In this document: positions 1-9,576 of the stretch, piece by piece
Layout of the letters: the number at the start of each line of letters is the position of its first letter
How positions within the stretch are numbered: the stretch's first letter is position 1
Assembly (NCBI GenBank): GCA_016183565.1
Contig: JACPEJ010000001.1
Coordinates: forward strand, 422,479 to 486,478
Direction: 5' to 3'
From: Candidatus Blackburnbacteria bacterium
GTDB taxonomy: Bacteria > Patescibacteriota > Microgenomatia > UBA8517 > UBA10165
Length of the DNA: 64,000 bases
Position numbers and translations under genes: made by a program
Notes under the pieces: generated by a model
Told to the model about the DNA's origin: nothing
Seen by the model: only the letters and a program-made list of their open reading frames with translations
Databases searched by the model: none

Positions 1-58
1 TAGTTTAGAACTTATTTCTATTCTAAATCCCTTATTTCTTTTTTCACCGCACTGGCCT

Positions 59-1921
59 TTGAACGAGTTTGGAAAAACTTTTCCGCCGCCGTGGTTTTTT
101 GTGGGAATTCCTCTTTTAATATTTAGTAATCTGTTTTTTAAAAAGAACCGACAGGTTTTTGTTTTAACTTTCATTTTTCTGTTTTTTGTTTTTCTTGCGA
201 AGGGGGAGACAGGATTCCTTGGTAGTCTTTATGCTTGGGGGGTTGATACAGTACCATTAGTAGGAGGAGCGTTTCGGGATTCAACTAAATTTTTTGCACC
301 TCTTCTTTTGTTTGCTGGGATTCTTATCGGTTTAGGTGTTCAGAATTTTCAGCAGATATTTAAGAAACAGGTGTTCTCCTGGCTGGTGGTGATTGTAGCT
401 TATATCTACCTTCTCTTTTTGGTGTATCCGGCTGTTTTTGGTGGCATGAACGGAGTTTTAGCTGCAAGAGCTTTTCCAGAGGATCTTAATGCGATTGCTA
501 GCAATATTTCTGGAGAAGATCGTTTTTTAAGAACTGTTTGGTTTCCCGAGCGTCATCCTCTTGCGTTTAGCACAGAGAGAGCGCCGGCTTTAGATGCAAA
601 AAGCTTGGTTAATCTTCGACCTTTTGCCTCCCTTAATACGGGGACACTTGATGCTTTTAACTTTCTTCATGACGATGAGTCTTTGGAGTGGTTTAAGTTG
701 TTTGGGGTTAAATATTTGATTTTCTCTGGAGATACTAGAAAAGCTAGCTCAAGTCAAGAAGACCAAGAAGATTGGAATGACTTACTAAGGTTGGTTGACG
801 ACAACAAGGACTTGCGTCGAGTGAGTTGGGGTACGGAGATCCCAGTTTACGAAGTTCCAGAAAGCAAACCGAGAATTTTTGGTGTGAGCAAGGTAATAGC
901 AGTTGTGGGGTCGGATGATATTTATACGAAGTTGAAGAACGTAAACCCGGAGTTTTCAATTGGGAATCAGGGTTTTGTTTTTTTAGAAGATGGTAAGTTT
1001 GACCCTGGTGTTTTGGCAAAATATAGTCCTGATTCAGCACTTCTTGTTTTAAATAACAAACACGAAGAGGATATGGCTTTAAGCTTTCTTCAAAAACACT
1101 TTGTATCTCCCTCAGAAAGTATAAGTGCGGATTGGGCGGTTAGGAGATCGAAGGACTATCTTTCATGGAAATATGAGTTGTTAGTGAATGGAGTAAATAC
1201 GAGGGAATTTGACTATAACAAAGGGATTGCTTTTTCCTCAAAGATGGGGGAGAGGATAAGTTTTAATGTTGATGTAGACGACGAGGGTGAATATGTTCTT
1301 TTGGTAAGGTCGATGTCAAATTCGAATGGTGGGTTGAAGGCTTATTTGGATAATAACTCGTTTGAGATTTACTCACATACCCCTAATAACTTTGAGTGGG
1401 CTACAAAAGATGGTCTGATGCTTAAGAAGGGTCATCATGAACTTGTTTTCGAAAACTTAGGCAGTTTTGGAGTTTTAAACACTTTTGCAATTGTCAGAAA
1501 ACAAGAGTGGGAAGGGGCTTGGAATAAATCGTGGCAACTCACAACCAAATTCAAGGTTGTAACAGTAGGGGACAATGTAGACCTGAAGGAAGCTTTGGAG
1601 ATCCAAGAGGGAAACAAGTGGGTGGAGGTGGAATATCAATTTGTTAATCCCGCAAAATATCAATTAAATCTGCCGGTTGGAGCACGATGGATTGTGTTCA
1701 CTGATTCGTATCATCCACAATGGATAGCTAGAGAAAGGGAGGATGTTTTGCCTTCTCTTCCGTTTTATTCTTCTGTCAATGGCTTTGGTTTTACAGATCC
1801 AGGTAATGCAGAACTTGTATTTACTGGTCAAAAAGAGGTACGGTTAGGAGTGTATATAACAGTTATTTCGATTGTAGTCATTGCTGCTTTTTTCGTTGCG
1901 GCAAGGATTAGAAATGCTTAA
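59..1921 (+). CDS. Hypothetical membrane-anchored protein. N-terminal TM helices precede a large extracytoplasmic domain. The 5' end may lie upstream of the window.
   Basis: 620-aa ORF. The N-terminal ~130 aa are hydrophobic and the rest hydrophilic. The called start is TTG and no in-frame stop occurs in bases 2-58, so the ORF may extend beyond the window start. Confidence 0.5.
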   Translation: MNEFGKTFPPPWFFVGIPLLIFSNLFFKKNRQVFVLTFIFLFFVFLAKGETGFLGSLYAWGVDTVPLVGGAFRDSTKFFAPLLLFAGILIGLGVQNFQQIFKKQVFSWLVVIVAYIYLLFLVYPAVFGGMNGVLAARAFPEDLNAIASNISGEDRFLRTVWFPERHPLAFSTERAPALDAKSLVNLRPFASLNTGTLDAFNFLHDDESLEWFKLFGVKYLIFSGDTRKASSSQEDQEDWNDLLRLVDDNKDLRRVSWGTEIPVYEVPESKPRIFGVSKVIAVVGSDDIYTKLKNVNPEFSIGNQGFVFLEDGKFDPGVLAKYSPDSALLVLNNKHEEDMALSFLQKHFVSPSESISADWAVRRSKDYLSWKYELLVNGVNTREFDYNKGIAFSSKMGERISFNVDVDDEGEYVLLVRSMSNSNGGLKAYLDNNSFEIYSHTPNNFEWATKDGLMLKKGHHELVFENLGSFGVLNTFAIVRKQEWEGAWNKSWQLTTKFKVVTVGDNVDLKEALEIQEGNKWVEVEYQFVNPAKYQLNLPVGARWIVFTDSYHPQWIAREREDVLPSLPFYSSVNGFGFTDPGNAELVFTGQKEVRLGVYITVISIVVIAAFFVAARIRNA

Positions 1922-3185
1922 CGTACTTTTTCGTTTTCGCAAACTGGTTTTTTCAAGGACTGCAAAGGATACCTCTATTATTCTTGTAGGGAATAGTGTT
2001 GCGTCTTTTTTGGCTATAGCTTTTACTATTCTTGCAGCACGCTATCTTGGACCTGCCGACTGGGGGACTGTAGCAGCAGTTATAAGTTTTGTGATTATTG
2101 TTGAGGCTATTGGCGATTTAGGCTTAGGGTCAAGTCTTTTTCGGTTTGTTTCGGCGGATTGGAGTAATAACAATAAGGAGAAGGTAAGCTCAACAATGTC
2201 ATTAATTTTTTTAATAAGACTGGCAACGGCTATAATACTTTTTGCGGTATTAATTGCAGGCTCTGCTTTTTTTACAAAAATAATATTTAAGTCAGATGAG
2301 CCGCTTCTTGTAGTATTTGGCGCTCTTAGTGTTTTTGCCTATCTTCTTTTGGAGTTTCAAATAGTGGCTTTGCAAGCGAAACATTCTTGGGTACTGGCGT
2401 CTTTTTTTACAGCTTTTACCAACCTGTTGCGTCTTTTTATGGTTGTTGCTCTTGTTTTTTTAGATAAGGTTTCGGTGTTGAGTATTTTGGCGGTGTTTTC
2501 TGGAAGTCCACTGGTTATCTTTTTTGTTACCTTGGGTTGGCAAAGGACTAGTTTGCGTCTTCCTGCAAACTGGAAACTAGCTGCCAAGAATATAATTCCC
2601 TTCTCTGGTTGGTTGGGTGTAAACCGCATAGCTGGTTCGATAATCGCAAGACTTGATGTTCTTTTGTTGCTTTCGTTTTTAGGAGCTTACCAGACTGGGA
2701 TTTTTGCTGCGGCAAAACAATTGGCGATTGGAGTGCCAATGATTGTTGGCAGTATGGCTGTTGCGATAGCACCTCGTTTAGCGATTTTGGAAAAGGAAGC
2801 TCTTGTTCTTTATTTTAAGAAAGCGGTTTTGTTGTCTGTTTTGATAACGATAGGGTTGGGTGTAGGAATTCTTTTAACCCCGTACATCGTACAGTTGTTT
2901 GGGCCGCAATATAGTTCTTCTACTCCTGTATTACAACTATTATTGCTTGGGTATGTTCCGTTTGTTTTATCAATGCCTGCTGTGAATTTGTTGATTTATT
3001 CCTTAGGAAAACCCCAAGTTGTTGCCATCATAAGCTTAGTGCAGTTGCCTGTTGTTTATGTAAGCTATTTGTTGATCATTCCGTTATTTGGTCTTTGGGG
3101 GGCTGCAGCGATTAACGGTGTGTGGCAACTCTCGACTATGATATTTGGATACTTTTTTGCTATGTATTATATTAGACAAAAATGA
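1914..3185 (+). CDS. Polysaccharide biosynthesis protein / oligosaccharide flippase (Wzx-like, MOP superfamily)
   Basis: About 420 aa, multi-pass membrane protein with more than 10 predicted TM segments; its position inside a glycosyltransferase cluster is typical for Wzx. Start is the internal ATG at 1914, which overlaps the upstream stop. Confidence 0.65.
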   Translation: MLNVLFRFRKLVFSRTAKDTSIILVGNSVASFLAIAFTILAARYLGPADWGTVAAVISFVIIVEAIGDLGLGSSLFRFVSADWSNNNKEKVSSTMSLIFLIRLATAIILFAVLIAGSAFFTKIIFKSDEPLLVVFGALSVFAYLLLEFQIVALQAKHSWVLASFFTAFTNLLRLFMVVALVFLDKVSVLSILAVFSGSPLVIFFVTLGWQRTSLRLPANWKLAAKNIIPFSGWLGVNRIAGSIIARLDVLLLLSFLGAYQTGIFAAAKQLAIGVPMIVGSMAVAIAPRLAILEKEALVLYFKKAVLLSVLITIGLGVGILLTPYIVQLFGPQYSSSTPVLQLLLLGYVPFVLSMPAVNLLIYSLGKPQVVAIISLVQLPVVYVSYLLIIPLFGLWGAAAINGVWQLSTMIFGYFFAMYYIRQK

Positions 3186-4027
3186 CAATAACAGCCCATT
3201 GTTTGGTTAAAAACGAAGCGCGGTTTTTATGGTATTCGGTTATGTCCGTTATAAAACACGTTGATAAAATTTTATTGTGGGATACAGGAAGTACGGATGA
3301 GACTCTTGAGATTATAAACGTGATACGGAAAACGGAAAATGGAAAACGGAAGGTAGAGTTTAGGGAGTATGGTGAGGTTACACCAGATACGTTTGCTCAT
3401 GTGAGGCAGGAGATGCTGGATAGCACAGAGACCGATTGGATCATTATGGTAGATGGGGATGAAGTTTGGTGGGAAGGTACCATACGGCACCTTCTTTCAG
3501 AGATAAAGGAAAAAGGAGATACTATCGAGTCAATTGTTGTTCCTACTATAAATTTGGTTGGGGATATTTTTCATTATCAGGAACCTCAGGCTGGAAAGTA
3601 TCGATTAGCGGGCAAGATCGGCCACCTAAATTTGCGCGGAGTAAATAGAAAAATTCCTGGTTTGAAATCGTTTGGTTCACATGGACAATGGGGGTGGGTT
3701 GATGGGGAAAATAGGATGATACAGTACAGAGATTCTAAGAATATTTTATTTATAGACGCTCCTTATCTTCACGCAACCAATATACCAAGAGCAGGAAATT
3801 TCCAAAAAGAAGAGGATGTGCCCAAAAGAAAGATGAAAAGAAAATATGAACTTGGCATACCTTTTCCCTTAGACTTTTACTACCCTGAAGTTTTTTTTCG
3901 TCCAAAGCCCCGTATTGTCCCTTCACCCTGGGAAAAGATGAGTATATCCTTCAAAATACGGGCGGCTGTTGAAACTCCATTGCGCAAGATCAAAAGAAGA
4001 TTTCTTCCGGGGAAAGTGGGTTATTAA
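3182..4027 (+). CDS. Glycosyltransferase family 2-like
   Basis: N-terminal 'CLVKNEARFL...DTGSTDETLEI' resembles the GT2 nucleotide-sugar-binding region (DxGSTD). The start overlaps the previous stop, suggesting translational coupling. Confidence 0.55.
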   Translation: MTITAHCLVKNEARFLWYSVMSVIKHVDKILLWDTGSTDETLEIINVIRKTENGKRKVEFREYGEVTPDTFAHVRQEMLDSTETDWIIMVDGDEVWWEGTIRHLLSEIKEKGDTIESIVVPTINLVGDIFHYQEPQAGKYRLAGKIGHLNLRGVNRKIPGLKSFGSHGQWGWVDGENRMIQYRDSKNILFIDAPYLHATNIPRAGNFQKEEDVPKRKMKRKYELGIPFPLDFYYPEVFFRPKPRIVPSPWEKMSISFKIRAAVETPLRKIKRRFLPGKVGY

Positions 4028-4028
4028 A

Positions 4029-4850
4029 ATGCTTTCCAAAAATTGTCTAATTTGTGGTAACGGGCTTAATTTGCTTGGAGAGAACGGTGGGTTCAAGATT
4101 TATAAATGTTCTTCTTGTGGTCTGGGTGTAACTGAGGGGAGTATGGAAGGAGATTATGACCAGTACCACAGGGATTTTGTTTATGTGAAGGAAAATGTTC
4201 AGTTTAAAAATGTATTTGCAAGGCGAGCAAGACTAGTTTCTAAATTCCAGAAAACCGGGAGGGTGCTTGAAGTAGGTTCGTCTACTGGTGTTTTGTTGTC
4301 TGTTTTGAAAGATAAAGGTTGGGAGGTTTTGGGTATAGAACCTTCTTTGGAAGCGCAACAAATTGCAGTAGAGCAGGGTATTCCAACACTTAAGACTACT
4401 TTTGAGAGAGCTAAACTTGCAAGTAATCGGTTTGATGTGATTATTTTTAATCATGTTTTAGAGCACCTAGCTGATCCACTTGATGTGATCACAAAAGCTA
4501 ATCGGGTTTTGAAAAAGGATGGAATTTTGTTTATAGATGTTCCAAACTTTGGGGGTTTGAGTGCTTTTTTGTGGGGGGCTCGGTGGCTGTATGTTTTGCC
4601 TAATGAACATAGGTGGCATTTTACTTACAAGGCTTTAGAGACTTTACTAGGAAGAACAGATTTTAAGATAGTGCATTGGGAAGCAACTTCTGGTGTTTGG
4701 GATTATGCGGATCTATGGGGAGAAATTTGGGATAGTTTTGTTCATTTGAAAAAGAGGTTTTTTACAAATGTTTTAACTCTCATACCAACTTACTTTATAA
4801 CCAAGTTAAACTTAGGTACAGGATTGACAGTTCTTGCCCGGAAAATCTGA
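4029..4850 (+). CDS. Class I SAM-dependent methyltransferase with N-terminal CxxC...CxxC zinc ribbon
   Basis: Motif I 'LEVGSSTGVLL' and the later 'FDVIIFNHVLEHLADP' are characteristic of Methyltransf_11/23. An N-terminal 'CLICG...CSSCG' zinc ribbon is present. Start chosen at the internal ATG at 4029, just after the upstream stop. Confidence 0.75.
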   Translation: MLSKNCLICGNGLNLLGENGGFKIYKCSSCGLGVTEGSMEGDYDQYHRDFVYVKENVQFKNVFARRARLVSKFQKTGRVLEVGSSTGVLLSVLKDKGWEVLGIEPSLEAQQIAVEQGIPTLKTTFERAKLASNRFDVIIFNHVLEHLADPLDVITKANRVLKKDGILFIDVPNFGGLSAFLWGARWLYVLPNEHRWHFTYKALETLLGRTDFKIVHWEATSGVWDYADLWGEIWDSFVHLKKRFFTNVLTLIPTYFITKLNLGTGLTVLARKI

Positions 4851-4853
4851 TAT

Positions 4854-6233
4854 ATGCGTAACAAATTTTTGTTTCTTTTACCTGTTTTTTTGTTAGTACA
4901 TCTTTTTTTTCTTGCAAACCTTCGCTTTACTGCTTGGCCGGAAATGTTCTCCTATCCCTATTTAAAAAACCACAACTATTTGCTTTATCGTGATATAGTT
5001 CACCCATACACACCAGTTCTGACTTTAGCCCTTGCTTACGTTTATAGAATTTTTGACTACAACCTCGCGACTTTGGAGTGGTTTTCGTGGGGGATTATTT
5101 TGTTCTCCACGGTTTGTGTATGGTTTCTCACGCGGCAGGTAGCCAAGAGCACGAAAGCTGCAGTCATTTCTACTTCTTTATACGTTTTGCTTCAACCATT
5201 TCTTGACGGCAATATGTTGTGGTTTGATATTGCAATTGTCCCACCAGTTTTACTGGGAACACTTTTTTTGTTTAGAAATAAACTTTTGTGGTCGGGAATA
5301 TTTTTTGCTCTAGCCGCCTTTACCAAACAAACCGCAGGATTGTTCTACCTTGCTGCACTATTGTTTGTTGCAAGGGGACGCCTTGCACGCACGTCAAGGC
5401 GTCCCCTTGCAGAGTTTCTGGTTGGTCCACTGGTTTTTAGTGTCCCTCTTTTAGTTAGATTGTGGCAGGAAAATGCGCTGACGGGGTTTTGGAAGTGGGT
5501 TGTCTGGTATCCTGCGACCCAATGGTCGAAGTTCCCCGGGTATGTACAAATGAATATTGGTGTGGCTGACCAAAAGATTCTTCTATTATTACTTGCACTA
5601 TTGGTTTTAGCTTGTTGGTGGGGTAAGAAGGGAATGAACAAAGACACAAGTTTACTCTTTGCGCTCGGTGGTTTATCGCTTGTGACGATTTATCCACGAT
5701 TTTCTTTCTTTCATTTCCAGCTGGCTCTGGCCTTTTGGAGCATCCTGTGTGGACTATTTTTGGCTAAGGTAACGGCTCGGATCTTTGTTCCCACAGTCAC
5801 GGCATTTGCTCTTATTATGATTTATCTTCTGCATTATCCGGCTATTCGTGTTGCTTGGAGAAAAGAAGCACGATTTGCGGGTGCAGGGGATAGGGAATTT
5901 GCACGGAACGTTGCACAGGTTACGAAAGAGAACGAAACGGTATTTTTACAGGGTGCCCCTTCTCAGCTATATGTGATGGCCAGGCGTCTTCCCCCAAAAC
6001 CATGGGCAGATAATTATGTGTGGTACTTGGAGATTCCAGGGGTTCAGGAGGAAATACTCTCAAGGTGGGACCAAAACCCTCCGTTGTATATATTTTGGCG
6101 CATTCCGACAAGTGGAAACTGGTTTGATTTGGGCACGTATCAGCCTGAAAAGATTGTTGAATATATAAAAACCAACTACAATTTTGAGAGGAAGGTTGAT
6201 TCGGGGATACAAATATGGAAAAGAAAAAGCTGA
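4854..6233 (+). CDS. Polytopic membrane protein, putative GT-C fold glycosyltransferase
   Basis: 459 aa with about 10 TM helices, adjacent to other glycosyltransferases. Carries an in-frame 16-nt perfect inverted repeat at 5370-5409. Confidence 0.45.
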   Translation: MRNKFLFLLPVFLLVHLFFLANLRFTAWPEMFSYPYLKNHNYLLYRDIVHPYTPVLTLALAYVYRIFDYNLATLEWFSWGIILFSTVCVWFLTRQVAKSTKAAVISTSLYVLLQPFLDGNMLWFDIAIVPPVLLGTLFLFRNKLLWSGIFFALAAFTKQTAGLFYLAALLFVARGRLARTSRRPLAEFLVGPLVFSVPLLVRLWQENALTGFWKWVVWYPATQWSKFPGYVQMNIGVADQKILLLLLALLVLACWWGKKGMNKDTSLLFALGGLSLVTIYPRFSFFHFQLALAFWSILCGLFLAKVTARIFVPTVTAFALIMIYLLHYPAIRVAWRKEARFAGAGDREFARNVAQVTKENETVFLQGAPSQLYVMARRLPPKPWADNYVWYLEIPGVQEEILSRWDQNPPLYIFWRIPTSGNWFDLGTYQPEKIVEYIKTNYNFERKVDSGIQIWKRKS

Positions 6234-7288
6234 AGATTGCCTTTTTGAGTTTTTATAGTGGTGAAGTTTATCGTGGAGTTGAAACTTTTGTGCATGAGGT
6301 GGCTAACAGACTTTCCGCGTTTGGGCATACGGTGATAGTACTGCAGAATGGATCGGCAGCCCCCGGCTCTTTGTATAAGACTGTGTCTTTGGGTTTGCCG
6401 CTTGATTTGAAGAGAAAACCACAGTGTACTTCCTTTGTGTTTAACTACTACGCATTTTGTGTAAGACAATTTACTCAAGAGGCTTTAAGACTTGTTGAAG
6501 AAGATGTAGATATTCTGTTTCCCATAAATGGCCAGTGGCAAAGCCTACTTTGTCGATTGTGGTCATGGAAGAGAGGAACGCGAATGGTTCTTGTTGGTCA
6601 ATCTGGCCTTGGAATTGATGATCGTTTGAACCTTTGGACATTTCCAAATGTATTTGTAGGATTGACTAGATTCCAGATACAATGGTCAAAGCGTGTAAAT
6701 CCTTTTGTAAGGGTGGTGACTATACCGAATGGTGTTGATCTTGCGAAATTCAAGCCGAGAGCGAAGGCTATAAAAATAGAGCTTCCTAAACCTGTGATTT
6801 TAAGCGTTGCGGCGTTAACTTCTTGGAAGCGCTTGGACTTGGCAATGAAGGCGGTGGCTAGCTTGAAACAGGGTTCGCTTCTTTTAGTAGGACAGGGTGA
6901 GGACAGAGAGAAGTTACAGAAACTAGGAGACGACTTGCTGCCTGGGCGTTTTCAAATTTCCTCTTTCCCCTATCAGCAGATGCCTGGAGTTTATGCCTCG
7001 GCTGATTTGTTCACTTTTCCGACTGTTCCGTGGGAATCTTTTGGCATAGCTATGGTTGAAGCAATGGCTACGAATTTGCCTGTGGTTGCGAGTGATGATC
7101 CTATAAGGCGAGAAATTGTGGGTAATGCAGGGCTTTTTGTTGATCCCTTAGATACTAGCGCGTATGCTAACGTACTAAAGGAGGCCTTGGATACTAATTG
7201 GGGTAATAAGCCGAGGGAGCAAGCGAAGAAGTTTTCTTGGGATGAAATTGCTAAGTCTTATGATAGACTTTTTAGGAATTTAGTTTAA
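6215..7288 (+). CDS. Glycosyltransferase family 4 (GT-B fold)
   Basis: C-terminal 'WESFGIAMVEAMATNLPVVASD' is the E-x7-E/GT4 signature. Confidence 0.8.
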   Translation: MEKKKLKIAFLSFYSGEVYRGVETFVHEVANRLSAFGHTVIVLQNGSAAPGSLYKTVSLGLPLDLKRKPQCTSFVFNYYAFCVRQFTQEALRLVEEDVDILFPINGQWQSLLCRLWSWKRGTRMVLVGQSGLGIDDRLNLWTFPNVFVGLTRFQIQWSKRVNPFVRVVTIPNGVDLAKFKPRAKAIKIELPKPVILSVAALTSWKRLDLAMKAVASLKQGSLLLVGQGEDREKLQKLGDDLLPGRFQISSFPYQQMPGVYASADLFTFPTVPWESFGIAMVEAMATNLPVVASDDPIRREIVGNAGLFVDPLDTSAYANVLKEALDTNWGNKPREQAKKFSWDEIAKSYDRLFRNLV

Positions 7289-7289
7289 A

Positions 7290-7320
7290 TTGATATCATG
7301 ATTCGAATCATGATATCAAG
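7290..7320. promoter_or_regulatory. Perfect 30-nt palindrome 'ttgatatcatgattcgaatcatgatatcaa' in the intergenic region upstream of the GT2 gene. It is duplicated inside a coding region at 19489-19518.
   Basis: Direct reading of the sequence; the arms are exactly self-complementary. Confidence 0.5.
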
Positions 7321-7325
7321 TCAAT

Positions 7326-8174
7326 ATGCATGTATCTATAATAATTCCGGTATATAACGAGGAAGATGTGATTCTTGAGTGTTTGGAATCATTGTTGGGA
7401 CAAACACAGAGAGATTTGGAAATAATCGTTGTTGATGATGGGTCAACAGATAATTCAAAAGTCAAAATTCAAAATGCAAAATTGCAGTTAAAAATTCAAA
7501 ATTTAAAGATTCTTACTCAAAAACATAGAGGGCCAGGGCCGGCGAGGAATTTGGGGGTGAAGCATGCCAAAGGGGAAATTCTAGTTTTTGTTGATGCTGA
7601 TATGACCTTTGCGCCGGATTTTGTTGGAAAGTTAATTCAACCAATTGAAGAGGGGGAAAGTCGCGGTACTTTTAGCAAACTTGAGTATGTTAAAAATTCT
7701 GAAAATGTGTGGGCTCAATGTTGGGGAGTGAACGAGGGATGGGTAAAAGGAATGCGGCATCCAAAGGATTATCCTGATAAGCAAAAGGTTTTCCGCGCTG
7801 TCTTGAAAAGTGAGTTTGAGAGGGTTGGGGGTTTTTCTCCTACCGGGGAGTATACGGATGATTGGACACTTTCTGAGAAGTTGGGATATTTGGCGGAAAG
7901 TGCGCCGGGGGCAGTTTTTTATCATAAAAATCCTGATAGTTTAGAAGATGTTTTTTTTCAAGCAAAATGGATTGGAAAGAGGCAATATAAACTTGGGAAG
8001 GTTGGTACGACTGTTTCAATTGTACGATCTTCTTTTCCTATTTCTCTTGTTTGGGGTATGGTGAAAGCGGTAGAAAATAAGTTGCCTCAGTTTGTTGTGT
8101 TTAAGATTGTTTATGATTTTGGAATTTTCTCTGGGGCGTTTTTGTCTTTTATAGGAGGTAGTAATGCAAAGTGA
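7326..8174 (+). CDS. Glycosyltransferase family 2
   Basis: 'VSIIIPVYNEEDVILECLESLLGQT...EIIVVDDGSTDNS' is the classic GT2 N-terminus. Confidence 0.85.
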   Translation: MHVSIIIPVYNEEDVILECLESLLGQTQRDLEIIVVDDGSTDNSKVKIQNAKLQLKIQNLKILTQKHRGPGPARNLGVKHAKGEILVFVDADMTFAPDFVGKLIQPIEEGESRGTFSKLEYVKNSENVWAQCWGVNEGWVKGMRHPKDYPDKQKVFRAVLKSEFERVGGFSPTGEYTDDWTLSEKLGYLAESAPGAVFYHKNPDSLEDVFFQAKWIGKRQYKLGKVGTTVSIVRSSFPISLVWGMVKAVENKLPQFVVFKIVYDFGIFSGAFLSFIGGSNAK

Positions 8175-9576
8175 CTTAGCAAAGAAAGATATTTTAGTTC
8201 TACTTATAGTTTCCTTGATTTTTCGTCTTCCAGCGCTTAATCAATCTCTTTGGTTGGATGAAGCAACCAGTGTTTTGGCAGCAAAGAATTTAGGTATTAC
8301 GGAGCTTTTGACAGCATTTGCTCCCGGAGATTTTCACCCGCCTTTGTATTACCTTCTGTTAAAGATTTGGATTAGTGTTTTTGGAGCGGGTGAGATTGCT
8401 GTGCGCATGCTCTCTGTAACTTTTGGGGTGCTAACTGTTTATTTTGTGTATCGTTTGGGCACTTTTTTGTTCAATAGAACAGTTGGGATTGTTACAGCGC
8501 TTTTTCTTGCTACGGCGCCTTTGCATGTTTATTATTCCCAAGAAGCCAGAATGTATGCTCTGGCAACACTCTTTGCGACGCTAAGTGTGCTTTATTTTGC
8601 AAAGCTGGTTGCAACTGACAAACCCTCTTATAGGGAATGGCTATTGTTTGTTGTTACCACTGTTCTTCTTTTATATACCGACTACTTGCCTGTTCTCTTA
8701 CTACCTTTTTATGCTCTGATTTTACTAAAACAGAGAATGCATTTTAGGAAATACAAAAAGGAATGGTTGACTGCTGGTGTAAGTATTTTTCTTTTGCTTC
8801 TTCCTTGGTTGCCGGTTTTTATAGAACAAGTAAAGACAGGGTTGTTAGTTAAATCCAATGCTCCTCTTTGGTGGAGTACTCTTGGTAGAACAAGCATAAA
8901 GCAGGTTTTGTTGGTACCAGTGAAATTTATGATTGGCAGAGTGTCTTTGTACAACAAGATGTTGTATGGAGGATTGATGCTTCTGGTCTCAGGTTTTTTT
9001 GGTGTTCTTTTTTTTCAAGCTGGCCGCTTTTTTTCTAAGAACAAGTTTTTGTGGTATTGGCTTTTTGTGCCACTTTTAGTTGGTTCGATTCTTGGGGTCT
9101 GGCTTTCGGTTTTCTCTTACTTCAGGTTTTTGTTTTTGCTGCCTGCATTTTATATGCTCGTTTCCTACGGAGTCATTTCTGTGGGCAAGAGAAAATTGCG
9201 AATTTTTGCTGCGACTGTTGTTATAGTGCTTAACTTTTTAACAACTTATGCGTATCTTACAACTCCTCGTTTTCAGAGAGAAAACTGGAAAGGTGCGGTT
9301 TCCTGGATTGAGGAGCAGCCAATTGGAGAGAGAGCAGTTTCTATTTTTGTGACAAGGAATCAACGGGATCCATACTTTTACTATGCTAAACGTGTTCCAG
9401 CTTATGGTCCTGAGGGGTTAGATGATAATACTATTGATACAATATATCTTGTTCGCTATGTTCAACCTATGTTTGATCCGGAGGATAGGTTGCGCCGGAA
9501 AGTAGAGAATATGGATTACAAGAAGCAGGAAGAACGAGATTTTAATGGTGTCACAATTTGGAGATACACGAAATGA
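8164..9576 (+). CDS. GT-C membrane glycosyltransferase (GT39/GT83 ArnT/PMT-like)
   Basis: 470 aa with more than 10 TM segments. An N-terminal 'LWLDEATSV' DE motif sits in the first periplasmic loop, as in ArnT/PMT_2 proteins. Confidence 0.7.
   Translation: MQSDLAKKDILVLLIVSLIFRLPALNQSLWLDEATSVLAAKNLGITELLTAFAPGDFHPPLYYLLLKIWISVFGAGEIAVRMLSVTFGVLTVYFVYRLGTFLFNRTVGIVTALFLATAPLHVYYSQEARMYALATLFATLSVLYFAKLVATDKPSYREWLLFVVTTVLLLYTDYLPVLLLPFYALILLKQRMHFRKYKKEWLTAGVSIFLLLLPWLPVFIEQVKTGLLVKSNAPLWWSTLGRTSIKQVLLVPVKFMIGRVSLYNKMLYGGLMLLVSGFFGVLFFQAGRFFSKNKFLWYWLFVPLLVGSILGVWLSVFSYFRFLFLLPAFYMLVSYGVISVGKRKLRIFAATVVIVLNFLTTYAYLTTPRFQRENWKGAVSWIEEQPIGERAVSIFVTRNQRDPYFYYAKRVPAYGPEGLDDNTIDTIYLVRYVQPMFDPEDRLRRKVENMDYKKQEERDFNGVTIWRYTK

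Noticed and set aside
744-1040. Short antisense ORFs nested inside long + strand genes (e.g. 744-1040, 2357-2772, 5345-5697, 25643-26221, 30424-31050, 37859-38384, 49655-50113)
   Set aside because: All overlap well-supported longer genes on the opposite strand. They have biased, repeat-like composition and no RBS, so they are typical shadow ORFs.
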